Part shown: piece by piece, positions 37,300 through 48,332 of the stretch
How positions within the stretch are numbered: the first letter of the stretch is position 1
Layout: every line of letters starts with the position of its first letter
NCBI RefSeq assembly: GCF_963921235.1
Contig: NC_086097.1
Span: forward strand, 115,942,001 to 116,006,000
Reading direction: 5' to 3'
Source: Mobula hypostoma
Lineage: Eukaryota
Length of the DNA: 64,000 bases
The notes under the pieces: model-generated
What the model was told of the DNA's origin: nothing
The model's database searches: none
Seen by the model: the letters and a program-made list of their open reading frames with translations, nothing else
Program-made: the position numbers and the translations under genes

Positions 37300-38108
37300 G
37301 AGTTTAAGAGGAGGCAATAGCGCCTAATGGCGACTCCTTTGCTTGCATCTTTGGAAACAGGTCTACTTCCATATTTAATATCTCTATCTTTTCCTTTCAT
37401 AGTTTTTTGAAGACCCTGACCTGGAGTTACTCATTGACTATGGTTCTTTGCGGGAGTGGGACCTACTCTCGGGGTTTCGTGACTGGCCGTTATTCAGCAC
37501 GCTAAGAGTGCAGCCTAAGAGCTCTGCTCGCCTTCAGAGGGCTGGGACCTCATGGCTCTGGAGAGGGGGGGATCGGAGGTCGGTATCCTGGCAAGATATC
37601 GGTGTGTCGTGGGAGATGGAAGATCTAAAACTGTGTGCCCAGAGATCCGAGATCTTCGGGCACAGAGCTCGGAAAAAGCAACACAACCGACTTTTGATAT
37701 TGTAAACCAGCGAGTTGTTTGTTATGTTTCCCCTCTGGCTGTGAAATGGAGATACTTCTTTCTCCCTTATTAGGGAGAGAGAGAGCCTGTGGTATGTGGA
37801 ATACCGGGTGAACAAGCTATCTTTGGAGTACTGCAAGCTTGTGTCTTTGCTGTTGCTCTGTTCAAGCTTGAGTGCTCGGTGATGGGTGCTGAAGCTTTTT
37901 TTTTACTGGTGGAGGGAAGGGGGATCATTGCTTGCTACCACTTATGTGCAGGAGAGAGGGGAGCTGGAGGGGGGACTTCAGGGTTCTAACTGTCATTCAA
38001 TCTTTGGGGGCACTCCTATGTTTTCAAGGGTGGTTACAAAAAAACGCATTTCAAGATGTATATTGTCAGAGAAAAGTATACATTTAATGTACCTTTGAAA
38101 CCTTTGAT
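37300..38108 (+). mobile_element. Non-coding interspersed repeat ending in a Rex1-like tail
   Basis: GC-rich non-coding body ending aatgtacctttgaaacctttga. Confidence 0.45.
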
Positions 38109-38192
38109 GATCTTTATATATTTTATGGTATTTCTTTATTTTGTTGTTAATTCTGCAAGAAAAATTATCTCAAGGTAGCATATGGTGACATA

Positions 38193-39777
38193 TAGTGGTG
38201 CTAGAAAGTTTATGAACCCTGTAGAATTTTCTTTATTTCTACATAAGTATGACCTAAAATGTGATTTATGTAAGTCCTAAAGCTAGATAAAGAGAACCCA
38301 ATTAAATAAAACAAAAAAAAAACATGGTACTTGTTCTTTTATTTATTGTGGAAAATTATCCAATATTACATATATTTGTTGGAAATAGTATGTGAACCTC
38401 TGGGGTAATGCCTTCTACAAAAACTATTTGAAGTGAGGTGTTCCAATCAATGTGATGAAATTGGAGGTGTGGGTTGTAGACGTTCCCTGCCCAATAAAAA
38501 AAGACACACAAAGTCAGGTCACTGACAGAGCCTGCTCTTCTCAAGAATGATCTGTTTATGTGCACTATACCTCAATCTAAACAACTTTCCGAGGAACTTG
38601 GAAGAAGAATTGCAGAGATGTATGAAGCTGGAAAATGCTACAGAAGCATTTCTAGAGACCTGAGTGTTCATCAGTCCATGGTAAGAGAAATTGTCTGCAA
38701 ATGGAGGATATTCAGTATAGTTGCTACTCTCTCTAGGAGTGGGCGTCCTGCGTAGGTCACACAAAGAACACAATGTGCAATGCTGAAGAAAGTGAAAAAG
38801 AAGCCAAGGGTAACAGCAAAAGGCCTGCAGAGATCTCTGGAACTTGCTAAAGTCTCTGTTCATGTGCCCACTATTAGAGAAATACTGAACAAGAATGATG
38901 TTCATGGAAGGACACCGTGGAGGAAACCACTGCTCTCCAAGACATCATTGCTGTACCTTTCAAGACCACTTGTATTTTCTACAATGTTTCTTGGACAATG
39001 TTCAGATAAGACAAAATTTGAACTTTTTGGGAGAAATGCACCTTGCTGTGTTTTGAGGAAAAAGAACACTGCAGATCAACACCAACATCTCATCCCAACC
39101 ATGAAGCATGGTGGAAGGAGCATCATTATTTGGGGCTGCTTTGCTGCCTCAAGGTTGAACAGCTTCCAATCGTTGTGGGAGCAATGAATTCAAAATTGTA
39201 TCAAGACATTTTCCAAGAGAATGTCAGGGTAGTGGTTCATCACCTGAAGCTGAATAGATGTTGGATAATGCAACAAGACAATGATCCAAAAAGACAAGAG
39301 TAAATCCACAACAGAGTAGTTTAAAAAGAAGAAAATTCATGTTTTGGAATGGCTAAGTTAAATTCCTGAATTTATTCCTATTGAAATGTTGTGGAAGGAC
39401 ATTAAGCAAGCAGCTCACACAAGGAAGCCCACCAACATCCTCAAGTTGAAGTAGTTTTGTAAGGAGGAATGATCTAATATTCCTCGAAGCCAACGTGCAG
39501 TTACTAGAAATATTCGGTTGAAGTTATTGTTGTACAAGGGGATCACACCAGTTACTGAAAGCAAAGTTTCATGTACTTTTTCGAACAGATACACGTAATA
39601 TTGGATTATTTTTCTCAATAAATAAATAAAGTATAATTTTTTTGGGGTGTTATTTCTTTAATAGGGTTCTCTTTATCTAGTTTTAGGAATCACATGAAGA
39701 TCTGATCATATTTTAGGTTATATTTATGCAGATATGAAGAAAATTCTACAGGGTTCATAAAGTTTCTAGCATCACTG
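38193..39777 (+). mobile_element. Full-length Tc1-like transposon with dead DD34E-type transposase
   Basis: TA|tagtggtgctagaaagtt ... aagtttctagcatcactg|TA; ~200-bp TIRs; SKQLSEEL..SGRPA, DKTKFELFG, KHGGRSIIIWGCF, QQDNDPK with stops and frameshifts. Confidence 0.93.
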
Positions 39778-40099
39778 TATCTGTACTTTGATAATAGATT
39801 TACTTGAATTTTCAGCACAGGCAGTAAGCGCAGAAGTAATGTGGTGGTCTCTGCCGTTCTTGCTGGCACTCAATTAGACAGGTTACCAATGGAGTGTTAT
39901 AATCAGGGTCACCACTGAGGTACCCATTGAATGACTACGTCAACAGCTGAAGTGCTTGAGAAATCAATAACTGCGGGATAACACATCCTATAAACTTGTG
40001 GAACTGTTTGAATAGCCTCCGGTGACTTCCAAAACTGCCCAATCGAGACTCTCAATGTTGGAAGAATGTCCCTGTAAATAACAGCAAAATTTACTCATC

Positions 40100-41640
40100 A
40101 AAATAAGTTCATCAATTTCAGCAGCTTCACCTCCAACTTCCACCTTGCCCTTAAATTCATTTCGTCCATTTCTGAAACTTCTCTCCCCTTTCTCGATCTT
40201 GCCTCCATCCCCGGAGAAAGGTTGTCTACCGATATCTATCACAAACCTACTGAATCCTGTGGCTACCTTGACTATACCTCTTCCCACCCTGACTCCTGTA
40301 AACATGCCATTTTCTTTTCTGAATTATTTCATCTCCACTGCATCTGTTCCCAAGATGAGGCTTTCCTTTCCAGGTCATCAGAGATGTCCTCCTCCTTCAA
40401 AGATTGCGGCTTCCTATCCACCGCCATTGATAATGGCGTCACCCACATTTTCTCTATTTCCTGAACATCCACTCTCATCACATTTTATTTTTAAGGTGAA
40501 TTACTTTATTCTTTCTTACTTCTCTTCTAATATCTGTATATCTGTGCACTTTTTTATGCTACTGTGACAATGTAATTTTCTTTGGGATCAATAAGGAATC
40601 TATATGTCTATTCAGTTAACCTCCTGCTGCCTTAACAGGGATAGAGTTCCTCTTGTCCTCACCTACAACCCTATGAACATTTACATCCCATTCTCCACAA
40701 CTTCTGCCACATTCAACGGTATCCTATCACCAAACACATCTTTACCGCCCGCCCCGCCGCCATTCACTGCTTTTGCAGGGATCACTCCTTCCATGATTCC
40801 CTTGTGCATTCACCTCTCCCCACTAATTGTCCTTCAGGGGGCATTTGTCCCTACAAGTGATAGAGATGCTAGACCGGCCCATTCACCTTCTCCTCACCTC
40901 CATTCAGAGCCCCAAACAGTCCTTCCAGATGAGACAACACTTCACCTGTGAATCTGTTGGGGTTGTCTATTAGATATGGTGCTCCCGATGCAGCCTCCTC
41001 TCCATTGGTGAGACCTGAAGTAGATTGGGGGATCCACTTTATCGAACACATTCACTTCTTCTGCTAAAGGCTAGAATTCCAGGTGGCAACCATTTTAATG
41101 CCGTTCCTCATTCCCATTCTGACATGTAGGTCCATGGCTTCCTCTGTTGCCATTGATGAAGCCACTCTCAGGTTGCAGAAGCAACACCTCATATTCCATA
41201 TGGGTAGCCTCCAATCTAATGTTATGAACATTGATTTGTCCAACTTCCTGTAATTTTACTCTTCCCCCATCCCTTTTGTTCAATTCCCCTCTCTGGCCTC
41301 CCCTCTTACCACTTCTTTTTTTCTCACCTGCCTATCACCTAGCCATGGTGTGCCTCCTCCATCCCTTTCTAACATTATCCACTCTCTTCTCCTGTCAGAT
41401 TCCTGCTTCTTCAGCCCTTTATCTTTTCCACCTTACACCTCCCAGCTTCTCACTTCATTTCCCCTCCCCACCCATCTAACCTCACCTATAATCTTTTTGC
41501 TTGTACTCCTTTGCCTGCTCCCACTTTCTTATTCTGGCTTCTTTCCCCTTCCTTTCTGGTCTTGATGAAGGTTCCTGGTCCAAAAAGTCAACTGTTTATT
41601 AAATTTACATAGATGCTCCCTGACCTGCTGTGTTCCTTCA
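40100..41640 (+). mobile_element. Degenerate Penelope-like 3' half
   Basis: STDIYHKPTESCGYLDYTSSHP, RVPLVLTY, GIY-YIG remnant, decayed hammerhead at 41558-41594. Confidence 0.88.
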
Positions 41641-42347
41641 GCGTTTAGTACCATCATCCCCTCAAAGCTAATCAATAATCTTCAAGACCTTGGCCCCAAT
41701 ACCTCTTTGTGCAATTGGATGTTATATTTCTTCACTTGCAGACCCCAGTCAGTTCGGATTAGCAACAACATTTCCTCCACAATCTCCATCAGCACAGGTG
41801 CACCACAAGGCTGTGTGCTTAGCCCCCTGCTCTACTCGTTTTACACTAATGACTGTGAAGCTAAACACAGCTCCAATGCCAATATTCAAGTCTTCTGACG
41901 ATACCACTGCTGTAGGCCAAATCAAAGGTGGTGATGAATGAGCACACAGGAGGGAGATTGAAAATCTGGCTGAGTGGTGCCACAACAGCAACCTCTTCCT
42001 CAGTCTCAGTAAGACCAAAGAGCAGAGTATTGACTTCAGGAGGAGGAAACCATAGCTCCATTATTGCCAGTCCTCAGTGGAGGATCAGAGGTGGAGGAGA
42101 TCAGTAATTTTAAACTCCTCAATGTTATTATTTCAGAGGACCTGCCCTGGGCCCAGCACATAATTGCAATTATAAAGAAAGCACGGCAGCATCCCTACAT
42201 CCTTTAGAGCTTGCAAAGTATTGGCATGACATCTGAAACGGCCAGTGAGTGAGTGGGCCAGTGAAGGAGTGGAGCTTTGAGGCTTTGACTCGAGAGGCTT
42301 CGACGAGAAGAGGCGGAGGACGAGCTTGTTCCCAGTTAGTTTTTACA

Positions 42348-43289
42348 ATGTCTTCTGAGACGGTGATGTGCCTCTCATGTGAGATGTGGCAGTCTTGGGG
42401 GAGCACCCCTCTCCCGCGGAGTCACATCTGCCAGAAGTGCGTACGGCTGGGCAATCTGGAAGACCGTGTAAGGAATCTGGAGCAGCAGCTGGATGACCTT
42501 CGACTCATAAGGGAGAATGAGGCAGTCATAGATGAGAGCTACCGGGAGGTAGTCACACCTAGGCTGTCGGAAGCAGGTCGTTGGGTGACAGTCAGAGGGG
42601 GGAAAGCGAAGGTGAGCAGACAGGTAGTGCAGAGCACCCCTGTAGCCATTCCCCTAAATAGTAAGTTTACTGTCCTGGAAACTGTTGGCGGGGATGACCG
42701 ACCAGGTGTGAGCCACGGTGGCAGGGCCTCTGGCACTGAATCTGACCCTGTGGTGCAGAAGGGTGGGATGGAGAAGAGGAGAGCTGTCGTCATTGGGGAC
42801 TCTATAGTCAGGGGAGCAAACAGGAGATTTTGTGGACGTGAGAAGGACACCCGCATGGTTTGTTGCCTCCCGGGTGCCAGGGTCCGGGATGTCTCTGACC
42901 GGGTGCACGACATCCTGGTACAAGAGGGAAAGCAACCAAAAGTTGTGATACATGTTGGGACCAACGACATAGGCAGGAAGAAGGATGAGGTCCTGAAGTG
43001 TGAGTTTAGGGAACTAGGCAGAAGGCTGAAGAACAGGACCTCAAGGGTGGCGTTCTCAGGATTGCTACCAGTGCTACGTGATAGTGATGCTAAGAATTGG
43101 AGGAGATCGCAGTTGAATGCATGGCTGAGGAGTTGGTGTAGGGAGCAGGGTTTTAGATTTTTAGATCATTGGGATCCCTTCTGAGGAAGGTGGGATCTGT
43201 ACAGATTGGATGGATTGCACCTGAACTCGAGGGGGAGCAATATCCTTGCAGGTAGGTTTGATAGCATGGTTCGGGAGGGTTTAAACTAA
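42348..43289 (+). pseudogene. CR1 ORF1p: Cys knuckle, coiled coil and SGNH esterase domain; one premature stop at 43182-43184
   Basis: CLSC..CQKC, LEDRVRNLEQQLDDL, GDSIV, HVGTND, and DGLHL after the stop in the same frame. Confidence 0.9.
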
Positions 43290-43324
43290 TTTGCAAGGGG
43301 GATGGGACCCAGAGTGATAGAGCA

Positions 43325-46208
43325 GTGAAAGAAGTGCATGGAGTAAAGCCAGATCTGACATATAGAGAGGCTTTGAGGAAAGAGAAGCAGAATAAACGGT
43401 GTAAAGACAGTAAGGTAGAAGGGCTGAAATGTGTGTACCTCAATGCAAGAAGCATCAGGAACAAAGGTGATGAACTGAGAGCTTGGATACATACATGGAA
43501 TTATGATGTAGTGGCCATTACAGAGACTTGGCTGGCACCAGGGCAGGAATGGATTCTCAATATTCCTGGATTTCAGTGCTTTAAAAGGGATAGGGAGGGC
43601 GAAAACAGGGGAGGAGGGGTGGCATTACTGGTCAGGGATACTATTACAGCTACAGAAAGGGTGGGTAATGTAGCAGGATCCTCTTTTGAGTCAATATGGG
43701 TGGAAGTCAGGAACAGGAAGGGAGCAGTTACTCTATTGGGGGTATCCTATAGGCCCCCTGGTAGCAGCAGAGATACAGAGGAGCAGATTGGGAGGCAGAT
43801 TTTGGAAAGGTGCAAAAATAACAGGGTTGTTATCATGGGTGACTTTAACTTCCCAAATATTGATTGGCACCTGATTAGTTCCAAGGGTTTAGATGGGGCA
43901 GAATTTGTTAAGTGTGCCCAGGACGGATTCCTGTCACAGTATGTGGACAGGCCGACCAGGGGGAATGCCATACTAGATCTAGTACTAGGTAATGAACTGG
44001 GTCAGGTCACAGATCTCTCAGTGGGTGAGCATCTGGGGGACAGTGACCACTGCTCCCTGGCCTTTAGCATTATCATGGAAAAGGATAGAATCAGAGAGCA
44101 CAGGAAAATTTTTAATTGGGGAAAGGCAAATTATGAGGCTATAAGGCTAAAATTTGCGGGTGTGAATTGGGATGATGTTTTTGCAGGGAAATGTACTATG
44201 GACATGTGGTCGATATTTAGAGATCTCTTGCGGGATGTTAGGGATAAATTTGTCCCGGTGAGGAAGATAAAGAATGGTAGGGTGAAGGAACCATGGGTGA
44301 CAAGTGAGGTGGAAAATCTACTCAGGTGGAAAAAGGCAGCATACATGAAGATTAGGAAGCAAGGATCAGATGGGTCTATTGAGGAATATAGGGAAGCAAG
44401 AAGGGAGCTAAAGAAGGGGCTGAGAAGAGCAAGAAGGGGGCATGAGAAGGCTTTGGCAAGTAGGGTGAAGGAAAACCCCAAAGCATTCTTCAATTATGTG
44501 AAGAAAAAAAGGATGACAGGAGTGAAGGTAGGACCGATTAGAGATTAAGGTGGGAAGATGTGCCTGGAGGCTGTGGAAGTGAGCGAGGTCCTCAATGAAT
44601 ACTTCTCTTTGGTATTCACCAATGAGAGGGAGCTTGTTGATGGTGAGGACAATATGAGTGAGGTTGATGTTCTGAAGCATATTGATATTAAGGGAGAGGA
44701 GGTGTTGGAGTTGTTAAAATACATTAGGACAGGTATGTCCCCGGGGCCTGATGGAATATTCCCCAGGCTGCTCCACAAGGTGAGAGAAGAGATCGCTGAG
44801 CCTCTGGCTAGGATCTTTATGTCCTCGTTGTCCACGGGAATGGTACCGGAGGATTGGAGGGAGGCGAATGTTGTCCCCTTGTTCAAAAAAGGTAGTAGGG
44901 ATAGTCCGGGTAATTATAGACCAGTGAGTCTTACATCTGTGGTGGGAAAGCTGTTGGAAAAGATTCATCGAGATAGGATCTATAGGCATTTAGAGAATCA
45001 TGGTCTGATCAGGGACAGTCAGCACGGTTTTGTGAAGGGCAGATCGTGTCTAACAAGCCTGATAGAGTTCTTTGAGGAGGTGACCAGGCATATAGATGAG
45101 GGTAGTGCAGTGGATGTGATCTATATGGATTTTAGTAAGACATTTGACAAGGGTCCACACGGTAGGCTTATTCAGAAAGTTACAAGACATGGGATCCAGG
45201 GAAGTTTGGCCAGGTGGATTCAGAATTGGCTTGCCTGCAGAAGGCAGAGGGTGGTCATGGAGGGAGTACATTCAGATTGGAGGATTTGAGGTGTCCCACA
45301 AGGATCTGTTCTGGGACTTCTACTATTCATGATTTTTATTAACGACCTGGATGTTGGGGTAGAAGGGTGGGTTGGCAAGTTTGCAGATGACACAAAGGTT
45401 GGTGGTGTTGTAGATAGTGTAGAGGATTGTCAAAGATTGCAGAGAGACATTGATAGGATGCAGAAGTGGGCTGAGAAGTGGCAGATGGAGTTCAACCCAG
45501 AGAAGTGTGAGGTGGTACACTTCGGAAGGACAAACTCCAAGGCAGAGTACAAAGTAAATGGTAGGATACTTGGTAGTGTGGAGGGGCAGAGGGATCTCGG
45601 GGTACATGTCCACAGATCCATGAAAGTTGCCTCACAGGTGGATAGGGTAGTTAAGAAAGCTTATGGGGTGTTAGCTTTCATAAGTTGAGGGATAGAGTTT
45701 AAGAGTCACGATGTAATGATGCAGCTCTATAAAACTCTGGTTAGGCCACACTTGGAGTACTGTGTCCAGTTCTGGTCACCTCACTATAGGAAGGATGTGG
45801 AAGCATTGGAAAGGGTACAGAGGAGATTTACCAGGACGTTACCTGGTTTAGAAAGTATGCATTATGATCAGAGATTAAGGGAGCTAGGGCTTTACTCTTT
45901 GGAGAGAAGGAGGATGACAGGAGACATGATAGAGGTGTACAAGATAATAAGAGGAATAGATAGAGTGGATAGCCAGCACCTCTTCCCCAGGGCACCACTG
46001 CTCAATACAAGAGGACATGGGTAAGGTAAGGGGTGGGAAGTTCAAGGGGAATATTAGAGGAAGGTTTTTTACTTAGAGAGTGGTTGGTGCGTAGGATGCA
46101 CTGCCTGAGTCAGTGGTGGAGGCAGATATACTAGTGAAGTTTAAGAGACTACTAGACAGGTATATCGAGGAATTTAAGGTGGGAGCTTATATGGGAGGCA
46201 GGGTTTGA
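43325..46208 (+). pseudogene. CR1 ORF2p (APE endonuclease + RT) with several nonsense codons and small deletions
   Basis: YLNARSIRNK, ITETW, GDFN, SDH; NYRPVSLTS, GVPQGSVLG, FADD; ORFs 43325, 44558, 45329 and 45716 share one frame. Confidence 0.93.
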
Positions 46209-46951
46209 GGGTCGGCTCAGCATTGTGGGCTGAAGGGCCTGTACTGTGCTGTACTATTCTATGTTCTATGTTCTCTGTTCTGTGTTCTATGAAACCTTCA
46301 TAAACTTGAATGGATGCATGGTGGAGAGTATTTGACTGATTGTATCACAGCCTGGCATGGAAACACTAATGTCCTGGAACAGAAAATCCTACAAAAAGTT
46401 GTAGATACGGCCCAGTCCATCACAGGTAAACCCCCCCCCCCCCCACCACTGAGCACATCCACACAAAGTGTTGTCGCAGGAAAACAGCATCCATCATCAG
46501 GGACCCCCGCTACCCAAGTCATGCTCTCTTCTCGCTGCTGCCAACTGGAAGAAGGTACAGGAACCTCAGGCCTCACACCACCAGTTTCAGGAATAGTTAC
46601 TACCCCTCAACCATCAGGGTCTTGAATTAGAGGGGTTGTTTAAGATGGCACTACCGAAGATGTGCAACAGCTTACTGACAAATTATAAGGAAATTGAAGC
46701 AAATTCTTTTTTGAAGGCGGACGTGAGGCTGGTTCAGGGAATGAGTCATGCTGGGGTATTTTGAGGCACAACATCTTTGAGCCGCAGATGGAGATGAAGT
46801 TTGTTTTGTTGCTAGAGATGGAATAAGTGATTTAGAGAGGAGTCAATGTGAAAGTGTTTTGATGATGAGTGGGTGCGAGTTTGGATGGCTCCAAGTGCTG
46901 AGCTGATCTGGTGAGAGCGAGAACAGCTTCAGGCAGTGTGGCTCAGGCATA

Positions 46952-48332
46952 CAGGTTTCCCCCGCCATCCTATGAAATGTTTTGTAAGCCGGAATGTCGT
47001 AAAGCGAAGAAGCAATTACCATTTATTTATATGGGAAAATTTTGTGAGTGTTCGCAGACCCAAAAATATCCTACCAAATCATGCCAAATAACACATGAAA
47101 CCTAAAATAACAGTAACATATAGTAAAAGTAGGAATGATATGATAAATACGCGACTTATATAAAGTAGAAATACTTTTCCACAATCATTGCCTGCACTGT
47201 CCACCGTAGTGAAAATCTCACGCAAGCGCTGTCAGCAAAAACATGGCGCAATCGCTCTCCAGTAACCTTTAAGCTATGAAGCTGCCAAATCATACCAAAT
47301 AACTTGTAAAAATACACAGCCTATATAAAGTAGAAATAATGTATGTACAGTGTAGTATCGCTTACGGGAATCGGGAAGACAGCGAGCACACTGATGATGG
47401 TGTGTTAGACTGAGTCATCGCAGGTTGGGATGGTGCAGTGGCCCCCACCCTCCAGGCAGCGACCCGATACCGATCCGCGAAGAATGCAGGGGTACAATGG
47501 TAGCCGGGAGGCACACAGCACATCTTTAAGAAAAAAGCCGAAATAAACAAGCTAATTAATTAGATGCCACCTGGCATGTAATTGCATCGCCTCTGATCTG
47601 GGCCGACACTTACATGCCGGGCGGCACCTAATTAATTAGCATGTTTATTTCGGCCTTTTTCTTAAAGATGTGCTGGATGCCTCCTGGCTACTGCTGCATT
47701 CTCCACGAAATAGTATCTGTCCGCAGCCCGGGGTTGGGCTGGTGGGACACTGGGGTGTCACCTCGTCGTCTGTTTCCATTAAGGCAGGCAGGTCATCTTC
47801 TTTTATGTCTGCCTGCCTCAATGTCACTTTCGGTCCTTTTGCTACTGTATTCAGTTTCGATTGTTATCCTTTCCTCTTCCAAATGCATTAACTCTTCATT
47901 TATCAGTTCTTGGTCGTGGGATGCCAAAACCTCTTCAACATCATCTTCGTCAACTTCCACAAGCCAAACTCACTTTGTCCTTACTTCATTCACCATGATC
48001 GAAACATTTAATTATGTCTAGTTTTACACTAATTGTAACACCCTTACGAGCTCTTTTAGGCTTTTCCGATATTGTAGAACTCATCTTGCAAATGGCTGCT
48101 CACAGGCACATGTTTAAGCAATGCCGGTGAGAATGCCGTTCCGAATCCGAGGGAGAGCGGCTGCTTGGGGCGCATGCTGCCTTTTTTTTATCGGGCGCTG
48201 CTTTTTTTCCGTGCGCTCCCTTTCTTCGTAACAGTGAAAACACCTTCTGTTAGCGAAAACAGGGAACTAATTTAGGTCTTTCGTAACAGTGAGATTTCGT
48301 AAAGCAAATGTTCGAAAAGCGGGGGACACCTG
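46952..48332 (-). mobile_element. Tigger/pogo-like non-autonomous DNA transposon
   Basis: TA|caggtttcccccgc ... gcgggggacacctg|TA; minus-strand acidic remnant EVDEDDVEEVLASHDQELINEELMHLEEER resembling the Tigger1 transposase C-terminus. Confidence 0.85.
47500..47691. repeat. Long inverted repeat (~82-bp arms, ~28-nt spacer) inside the Tigger element
   Basis: gtagccgggagg...ctggcatgtaa / ttacatgccgg...cctcctggctac; both strands translate as MFISAFFLKMC in the ORF track. Confidence 0.93.

Larger units (their letters stand above)
42240..46289 (+). mobile_element. Full-length CR1 LINE
   Basis: Short 5' UTR, ORF1, ORF2, 3' UTR and (ttctatg)n tail; flanked by tgaaac (42234-42239, 46290-46295). 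Confidence 0.96.

Noticed and set aside
39914..40071. Minus-strand exon after the acceptor ttttgctgttatttacag
   Set aside because: The donor is weak and no translation is recognisable; insufficient support.
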